The notes under the pieces are model-generated. The model saw only the letters and a list, made by a program, of their open reading frames with translations. It was not told the origin of the DNA and made no database searches. Position numbers and translations under genes: made by a program. A DNA stretch of 5,135 nucleotides from Paramicrosporidium saccamoebae KSL3 (lineage: Eukaryota > Fungi > Cryptomycota), in the NCBI GenBank assembly GCA_002794465.1, contig MTSL01000067.1, positions 1-5,135 of the forward strand. Reading direction: 5' to 3'. Numbering within the stretch: the first letter of the stretch is position 1; every line of letters begins with the position of its first letter. Shown one piece after another: positions 1 through 5,135 of this stretch.

Positions 1-1538
1 TTGCCTTGTCCAGGTTCTAATTGAAGTTTCCGGTAGACGTTTTTAAAGGCAACTGTGGTTCCATATTTAAGTCCCTCGTTATTGACGATCAGTGCCACTG
101 CCCCGCCAATCTGTGTAATGGACACTTTATTGTCCTTCAACACAATCGTGGCCTTTGCTTCTACTTTGGTAGATTTGATCATAATCATAGAGTCTTCCTT
201 GGTGTATTCGACATTTTCAAATACGAGCTTACCATGACCAGTCATTTGCAAAAGTTTCTTCGGCTCGGCCGCTAGTGACTTGGACGAACGGATGCTGTCT
301 GAAGCAAAGGCCGCCATAACATTGAATCTATTCGACAAGTTCAGCCTCTCCAATGCATTTCGAAGCTCAGACGAGTCTGTACAACCAGAAAGAGTCTTCT
401 TGACAGTGGCTACGTCAGCACTCCATGGTAAAATGGAGCTTGGGACCATGATGACCACAATATCATGTGGCTGTAAATGCGATAATTTGACAAGGTCAGA
501 AGTAAGCTTGAATTCATCACTGACGTTAGAATCTCTAATCTCTTCGTTCTTTGTAATGTGGATGACACTAGAGTTTTTGCATCGGACACTCATAGTATCA
601 CCCTCAAAACCCCAAAACGACGTTCCCATAATAGTCCTAAAAGATCCATTTTCCACTGAACCCTCACCAATAACCGTTACTCCTTCCAGGTACTCGACAG
701 CGTCACCAATCTCTGCTACAAAGAATGCAAGATCGGAGTACTTTGCTTCCCTTAGAGCGTCTATCCCTCCCTCAATCCAATCTCTTGCCATTTCACGCAT
801 TTGAGAATAGACACTGGTATGCTCCATTATTTTTGCCAACATGATAACACAATCTCCTTTCTTAAATAGCGTTCTTGTGTCGGTAAACTCAATTTCCGTC
901 ACCTCGATTATCCTACCTTCTCTGATGAGAGCGACCCCTCCCCTCGCCTTCCACGACTCACTCTCTGAATTTCTAGTTAAGTAGCCAAATCCATCAAGAG
1001 TTAATGTTGCACTATCTTCCGTGTTGAATAGTACCTTAACGGTCGATTGCAGCAATTCTATGCGGGCACCGCTGTTGTCGTTGAAGAACGGCTTGATGAA
1101 CCCATAGTTTGGCGCAGACTTTACAACTTCATCCTTAATGAGCACACCAAAAAGGTCGGTCCCGTATGGAACATTCTCAATCATAGTCATTAGATTTTCT
1201 GCAGTGGCGTCTTTGTACTTGTCCGGGTCGATAGCATCAGTGTTGTACATAATAAGCACGTCACCCGGTTGCACTTTGACTTGCTCAGTGTCCCCTACTG
1301 ACTTCATAGCCTTATCATTCTTGGAGATGAGACGTATTTGCATGTCAGAGATGGATGTTACGGAGAGCACATCGGACCACACACCCAGGGTGACGCCATA
1401 CCTGTATGCATTTATAATTATCCTAGAGGCACCGTCGTGTTCGACCGTGTAGTCCAGTGATTTGCGTCTAAACAATTGTCCAAACTCGAGAGCTCCCGCC
1501 AACTGAATGAGCAGCAACAGGACCACGGGGTACATCAT
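1..1538 (-). CDS. Gene A: secreted multi-module protein with at least 4 degenerate PP2C/PTC7-like modules; 3'-partial (512 codons in window, no stop)
   Basis: Manual translation from ATG ATG at 1538 gives 512 sense codons with no stop to the window edge: MMYPVVLLLLIQLAGA|LEFGQLF...LQLEPGQG. It has a hydrophobic signal peptide ending in AGA. A motif recurs at aa ~92 (VQPGDVLIMYNTD), ~228 (FKKGDCVIMLA), ~358 (LQPHDIVVIMV) and ~510 (LEPGQG). GGVALIREGRI (aa 200-210) and GGAVALIVNN (aa 478-487) are also repeated. The CDS is well supported; the fold call comes from motif resemblance only. Confidence 0.85.
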   Translation of the reverse strand, partial: MMYPVVLLLLIQLAGALEFGQLFRRKSLDYTVEHDGASRIIINAYRYGVTLGVWSDVLSVTSISDMQIRLISKNDKAMKSVGDTEQVKVQPGDVLIMYNTDAIDPDKYKDATAENLMTMIENVPYGTDLFGVLIKDEVVKSAPNYGFIKPFFNDNSGARIELLQSTVKVLFNTEDSATLTLDGFGYLTRNSESESWKARGGVALIREGRIIEVTEIEFTDTRTLFKKGDCVIMLAKIMEHTSVYSQMREMARDWIEGGIDALREAKYSDLAFFVAEIGDAVEYLEGVTVIGEGSVENGSFRTIMGTSFWGFEGDTMSVRCKNSSVIHITKNEEIRDSNVSDEFKLTSDLVKLSHLQPHDIVVIMVPSSILPWSADVATVKKTLSGCTDSSELRNALERLNLSNRFNVMAAFASDSIRSSKSLAAEPKKLLQMTGHGKLVFENVEYTKEDSMIMIKSTKVEAKATIVLKDNKVSITQIGGAVALIVNNEGLKYGTTVAFKNVYRKLQLEPGQG

Positions 1539-2045
1539 TGTCCCTGGCAAGACTACGGCGGCCTAACTACTAATTTTACAAGCTTTTGATTGGTCGTGAT
1601 AGAGAAATATTTACTAGGTAGTGAAATGATTGGCTAAGGGCTGCGGACCTACACACCTTATTTGGCATTTGAACGATTTGCAAGAATCAAGCTAAATGTC
1701 ATGGGCAGGATTGCTGTACAGTTGAGTAAATGCAACCTGGAAAGTAGGTTAAGACGAGAGGCAGAGCGGGTGCGAGGAGTCTAACGAATGGCCACTAGAA
1801 TTAGAGTCTAGCTTCTTGTAATGTCAACCACAAGAATGGCCAGCACTCATATTTGATCTATCCAACTTTAACTAGAGACGACTCGTGAGAAATAGACCTA
1901 TATATTGTCCCTCTCCGTACTTTACCAATCCAACGTTACACCAAATCCTCTCGTCTGGACAAATAGTGTCCATGGTGGCTGTTAGATTGTGCGATTTGTT
2001 GGCTAATTATTAGGTAATTGCCGACCCTAGCTCATTAAAGACACC
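1539..2045. promoter_or_regulatory. Divergent intergenic/promoter region between genes A and B
   Basis: A and B are arranged head-to-head, 507 bp apart, with no ORF-track entry inside. It contains ATTGG (CCAAT on the minus strand) at 1589-1593 and 1629-1633, CCAAT at 1925-1929 and TATATA at 1899-1904. Function of these motifs is inferred. Confidence 0.5.
1589..1593 (-). promoter_or_regulatory. Candidate CCAAT box of gene A
   Basis: ATTGG on the plus strand; its first C (1593) lies 55 nt upstream of the ATG at 1538, matching the spacing seen for genes C and D. Confidence 0.4.
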
Positions 2046-2906
2046 ATGTTCACACTCGCATGTCGTTTAATGCTGACAATATTGTGTCTTTTAAATCTTT
2101 CAGACGCCGTCAGATTCGGCAATGTCTACAGCAACACGGATGGTGCAGCAAAATATGTCAAAGAGCAGAATTCAACTCAAGTGGTACTAGCCAGAGAACG
2201 TAATAAGTGGATCTCTCGCGAAACATTTTCCTTAACCCTTCGTCTGGAGAATGAGTGTGTCATCTGCGAAAAGGAAAGGGGAGTGTCTGTCAAGCTGATT
2301 CGCGATAGGAAAGATTCAATTTTATTAACAGGAAAACGTCTAATGGTAGGGGATATAGTGGTCGTCAGTTCCGACTGTTCCTTCCTAGACAGTGCGTGTC
2401 GCTACAGAAATGCGACACCAGAGAGTATTCAAGATGTCATTAGGAGAGACCCATCGCGCAGATCCGTCTATGCATTTGTTATTCTTGACGAGCCGATTCA
2501 GACAGGAAAAGACACCAAAAGCCTGCAGTTTGGCAAAATGTGCGGGACTCTAAACAGTGCCGATATTAAACTTCTGACTCCCACCCGAATTACAGGATTT
2601 CTGATTAATCAACCTAGCCAGCTTATCAATGCTGTGTTAGTTTCGGCGGCACGGGGATTGTCTGTTCAGAATGCCCCAGATTGTCGAACCGAATATATTA
2701 GCAAAGATGGCGCCCAGGGGATGTCTGGAGAAACAAACAGTTTCTTCAGACGGGCAAACATCAAGTCGGGTGATATTCTCGTCATTGTCTGTTCTGACGT
2801 GGCCAATTACTTTGACAATGCCAACGGACCATTTACTTTAGCAAAACTGAGGTCGAAGGCGGCCGAGCAGGATGATTTTTTCGTCTTTCCTATCATAGAT
2901 GTATAA
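2046..2906 (+). CDS. Gene B: secreted 286-aa protein with two degenerate PP2C/PTC7-like modules
   Basis: Complete ORF with ACCATG start context. Signal peptide MFTLACRLMLTILCLLNLSDA|VRFGN. Internal duplication: VRFGN (aa 22) and LQFGK (aa 160) are 138 aa apart; LMVGDIVVVSSD (GD at aa 102) and IKSGDILVIVCSD (GD at aa 242) are 140 aa apart. The C-terminal QDDFFVFPII resembles the PP2C D[DN]IT motif. No transmembrane or GPI-like tail is visible. Confidence 0.85.
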   Translation: MFTLACRLMLTILCLLNLSDAVRFGNVYSNTDGAAKYVKEQNSTQVVLARERNKWISRETFSLTLRLENECVICEKERGVSVKLIRDRKDSILLTGKRLMVGDIVVVSSDCSFLDSACRYRNATPESIQDVIRRDPSRRSVYAFVILDEPIQTGKDTKSLQFGKMCGTLNSADIKLLTPTRITGFLINQPSQLINAVLVSAARGLSVQNAPDCRTEYISKDGAQGMSGETNSFFRRANIKSGDILVIVCSDVANYFDNANGPFTLAKLRSKAAEQDDFFVFPIIDV

Positions 2907-3016
2907 ATGTTCATGTCGTATCAATCTGGCCTCGGTTTCGTTCCAACGGCATTGTCCACGTGTACTGTCTTGAAGGTAGCTGGTTGGTTCCCCCGCATGG
3001 ACTCGAGCGGAGTGAG

Positions 3017-3021
3017 CCAAT
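3017..3021 (+). promoter_or_regulatory. Candidate CCAAT box of gene C
   Basis: GAGCCAATT, 56 nt upstream of the ATG at 3073. Confidence 0.4.
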
Positions 3022-3072
3022 TAGATTGCTCCTAGTGTGGTACACAAGGGCAGCGTTGCTGGTCAGGGGGTC

Positions 3073-4098
3073 ATGTGGTCTCTTGTGTTTCTCGCTGTAA
3101 CCTGTGTCTTTTCGTTTGCATCCGGCGCCCCTTCTCCCGAATCTGCGCTGGTGTTCGGAGATGGACTTGGCGTTCCCCCGCCTGGTCATTGGCAACTGAC
3201 AGACATTACTTATGAACACCGGGGAGACCATTTCCAAGTTGGCTTGCGGTTGGATTCCTTCGGCATCACAGTGACTGGTGCCAATTTTGTTGCTGTGACC
3301 TCCAGTTATCAAAAGGAGATACTGGCCCCTCCCAGCAGGGCGCTCGTGCAGGCTGGGGATCATGTCTTTGTGATGGTCAGAAGTGATGAGACGGTCACTG
3401 ATGAAGATATTTCAGACTGTGTTATTCGGTCTACTGACGGTCCAGCTCTGTGGCATTGTCTTAATGGATTTGACGGCATGTCAGTGTTTGGTTTCAGTAT
3501 CAAGACACGTCCTCTTCTTGACGAGCGGTTCCAAGGACATAAGCATCGAAGCGATTGGCCCATTGCCTCCGAGTCAAAGCGCAGCAGACTTGCCGATTTT
3601 GTCCTCCAGGACAAACGCCTTTACTGCAACTATGGAAACGTCAACATTGACCACGATGACACCCACGTGGATATTGAAGCTAATCTCCATGGCGCCATTG
3701 CCTCTGCACATGCCGAGCTAAACGGACGAGGCATGACTCTTACATGCAAAGGTGGTGCCAATATCCTTGTGCTTCGTGATGGACAAGTTGAAGAGGGAAG
3801 CATCATGCCCTCCAGAGAGGTATTTCCTGACTTTGATTTCAACCAAGAAGCAGTGACTTTGATGTCTTCATATGATGAGATGACTAGGAGTGTTGAGGCT
3901 TTATATGGAGATGTTGTCGTGATTCTTGTGCCCTACAAAAGTAATAGCAATCTCACGACATTGGCAGGTGCTCAACAATTGCTGGGCAATCCTACGGATG
4001 CTGTGAACAACTTTGACCAATTTAGCGTCCAATTCTGTGGCGATAATGTCATTGCATACATGTTCGTTGTGAAGCCGCGCAAACAAGATGACTATTAA
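3073..4098 (+). CDS. Gene C: secreted 341-aa protein with two degenerate PP2C/PTC7-like modules
   Basis: The ORF track starts at GTG 3037. The first ATG (3073) directly begins a signal peptide, MWSLVFLAVTCVFSFASG, and aligns with the MRSLVF start of gene D. Module 1 runs LVFGD...VQAGDHVFVMVRSD...FDGMSVFGFSI. Module 2 runs NYGN...TCKGGANILVLRDGQV...LYGDVVVILV...GDNVIAYMFVV. Stop is TAA at 4096-4098. Confidence 0.85.
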   Translation: MWSLVFLAVTCVFSFASGAPSPESALVFGDGLGVPPPGHWQLTDITYEHRGDHFQVGLRLDSFGITVTGANFVAVTSSYQKEILAPPSRALVQAGDHVFVMVRSDETVTDEDISDCVIRSTDGPALWHCLNGFDGMSVFGFSIKTRPLLDERFQGHKHRSDWPIASESKRSRLADFVLQDKRLYCNYGNVNIDHDDTHVDIEANLHGAIASAHAELNGRGMTLTCKGGANILVLRDGQVEEGSIMPSREVFPDFDFNQEAVTLMSSYDEMTRSVEALYGDVVVILVPYKSNSNLTTLAGAQQLLGNPTDAVNNFDQFSVQFCGDNVIAYMFVVKPRKQDDY

Positions 4099-4118
4099 AT
4101 GTGTGGTGTCGAGAATTC

Positions 4119-4124
4119 AATAAA
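4119..4124 (+). terminator. Candidate AATAAA polyadenylation signal of gene C
   Basis: AATAAA begins 21 nt after the last base of the gene C stop codon. Its use is inferred and not shown. Confidence 0.4.
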
Positions 4125-4146
4125 AATCGCGACTGATCAAATTTGC

Positions 4147-4405
4147 AAACTGATGATGGGCATTAGTGATAAATTGAATAGAAACCGTAGCTGAATACAG
4201 ATGTAAACTGATGATGGGCATTAGTGCTAAATTGAATAGAAACCGTAACTGAGTACAGATGTAAACTGATGATGGACATTAGTGACAAGTTGAATAAAAA
4301 TCATAGCCAATTACAGATGTAAACTGATGATGGGCATTGGTGATAAGTTGAATAAAAATCATAACCAATTACAGATGTAAACTGATGATGGACATTAGAG
4401 ATAAA
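4147..4405. repeat. 58-bp tandem repeat (minisatellite): 4 full copies plus a 27-bp partial copy
   Basis: Units start at 4147, 4205, 4263, 4321 and 4379 with AAACTGATGATGG(G/A)CATT(A/G)G; the four full units end in TACAGATGT. Units 1 and 2 differ at 3 positions, units 3 and 4 at 4, and units 1 and 3 at 9, with no indels. Unit 1 is 20/58 G+C. The length is not a multiple of 3, so it is treated as non-coding. Confidence 0.97.
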
Positions 4406-4623
4406 CCCCCATCTACACCGCCAATACATCAAGAGCTATACGTGTCGCGTAGTGGGGGAAATACCACGGATCAAGTCAGATAGGAAGAGACGAAAAAAAA
4501 TCTTGTCCATTGCTAATTCAGGCAAGAAGGGTGCTTGCTCGCTGCTAGTCCTAAAATCGCAAGGATACAGATCTTAATGTTCTCAAATACCTAGCTAATC
4601 ACTTCTCCTCATTATACTACGGG

Positions 4624-4628
4624 CCAAT
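4624..4628 (+). promoter_or_regulatory. Candidate CCAAT box of gene D
   Basis: GGGCCAATAG, 58 nt upstream of the ATG at 4682. Confidence 0.4.
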
Positions 4629-4681
4629 AGAAACTGATTTGATATGATATGATACACATGGGCAGTATCGTCGGCCGGGCC

Positions 4682-5135
4682 ATGATGCGCTCTCTGGTCT
4701 TTGCCGTGGTTTGTTTCCTCCATGTTGTGTCTGCACTGATTTTTGGTAAACGCTTTGGTGCCACTTTTCCAGAACACGAAGACTTTACTAAATCCACTTA
4801 CTTGATGCAGCTAGAAAACCACCAAGTTCTCCTGTACCTGAATCCTTACGGTATCAAGGTAGAAGGGGATAATTTTGTTGCAGTGACTTTTGGCTTTCAC
4901 AAAACGTTCATTTTTCCTGGTAATACAGGGAACATGCAGGCAGGTGATACAATTATTGCTGTTTTATTTGGGAAAAGCACGGACAGAGACAAAGTAATGG
5001 AGCGCCTTGGTGCCCTGAGGCTGGAGGAGATTGATAACGACCAGGACCTCTTGCAGGCAGACATTTGTATAGTCGGGTTTGAAATCGACTACGATGTGTC
5101 ACAGAACAATAATTCCTTAGACGGAAGGAAGCGAC
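4682..5135 (+). CDS. Gene D: secreted paralog of gene C; 3'-partial (151 codons in window)
   Basis: Manual translation: MMRSLVFAVVCFLHVVSA|LIFGKRFGATFPEHEDFTKSTY...LNPYGIKVEGDNFVAVTFGFHK...MQAGDTIIAVL...ADICIVGFEIDYDVSQNNNSLDGRKR, with no stop. It aligns without gaps to gene C from LxFG to QAGD at 29/71 identities (counted by hand). The start has GCCATG context; in-frame ATGs also occur at 4649, 4658 and 4685, so the exact start is uncertain. Confidence 0.88.
   Translation, partial: MMRSLVFAVVCFLHVVSALIFGKRFGATFPEHEDFTKSTYLMQLENHQVLLYLNPYGIKVEGDNFVAVTFGFHKTFIFPGNTGNMQAGDTIIAVLFGKSTDRDKVMERLGALRLEEIDNDQDLLQADICIVGFEIDYDVSQNNNSLDGRKR

Noticed and set aside
231-245. MTGHG in gene A module 4 as PP2C motif 2 (DGHGG)
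   Set aside because: It lacks the catalytic Asp and has no equivalent in the other modules beyond the conserved N-terminal Gly.
21-1452. Plus-strand ORFs 21-275, 55-237, 280-804 and 1138-1452
   Set aside because: They are antisense shadows lying wholly inside the 512-codon minus-strand gene A, with Ser/Thr/Ile-rich translations and no recognisable motifs.
3037-3072. GTG at 3037 as the default start of gene C
   Set aside because: In an apparently eukaryotic context, ATG 3073 puts the signal peptide at the N-terminus and fits the CCAAT spacing. The GTG start is kept only as a hypothesis in the findings.
2838-4086. Minus-strand ORFs 2838-3020, 2911-3363, 3360-3614, 3630-3842, 3901-4086 and plus-strand ORF 3383-3721
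   Set aside because: They overlap genes B or C antisense or in an alternative frame, with no motif or signal support.
4151-4252. Box C/D snoRNA-like arrangement (TGATGA ... CTGA in units 1 and 2)
   Set aside because: Box C lacks the 5' purine, there is no terminal stem, and the in-register CTGA is lost in units 3 and 4. No guide complementarity could be tested. A snoscan or snoReport hit with rRNA complementarity would reopen it.
4147-4405. CRISPR array (conserved block TACAGATGTAAACTGATGATGG recurring every 58 bp)
   Set aside because: The would-be spacers are near-identical copies of one another, there is no palindrome in the conserved block and no cas-like ORF is nearby. It is a plain tandem repeat.
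4641-4654. GATATGATATGATA micro-repeat
   Set aside because: It has fewer than three copies of a 5-mer and is too short to interpret.
4595-4797. Minus-strand ORFs 4595-4777 and 4612-4797
   Set aside because: They are short and antisense to the start of gene D, which is supported by its homology to gene C.
1-5135. Bacterial operon or prophage interpretation, and any specific species assignment
   Set aside because: No consistent Shine-Dalgarno sites, rho-independent terminators, integrase or transposase ORFs, or RNA genes were seen. Kozak-like starts, CCAAT and AATAAA favour a eukaryote. The organism cannot be named from this window without a database search.

Overview
Compact, apparently intron-less, probably eukaryotic DNA holding four neighbouring genes of one family: A (minus strand, starts at 1538, 512 codons, open at the left edge), B (2046-2906), C (3073-4098) and D (starts near 4682, open at the right edge). 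A and D are missing from the supplied ORF track because their stops lie outside the window. Each protein begins with a signal peptide followed by a [LV]-x-F-G motif, then 1 to 4 or more copies of a ~130-150 aa module. By eye the module carries degenerate motifs of the C-terminal part of PPM/PP2C (PTC7-like) phosphatases but lacks their N-terminal catalytic motifs. The best reading is a tandem cluster of secreted PP2C-fold pseudo-phosphatases, possibly effectors; this is inference, as no search could be run. Between C and D lies a 58-bp minisatellite of about 4.5 copies that appears to have grown out of the 3' end region of gene C. It is not a CRISPR array. A, C and D each have a CCAAT box 55-58 nt upstream of the ATG.
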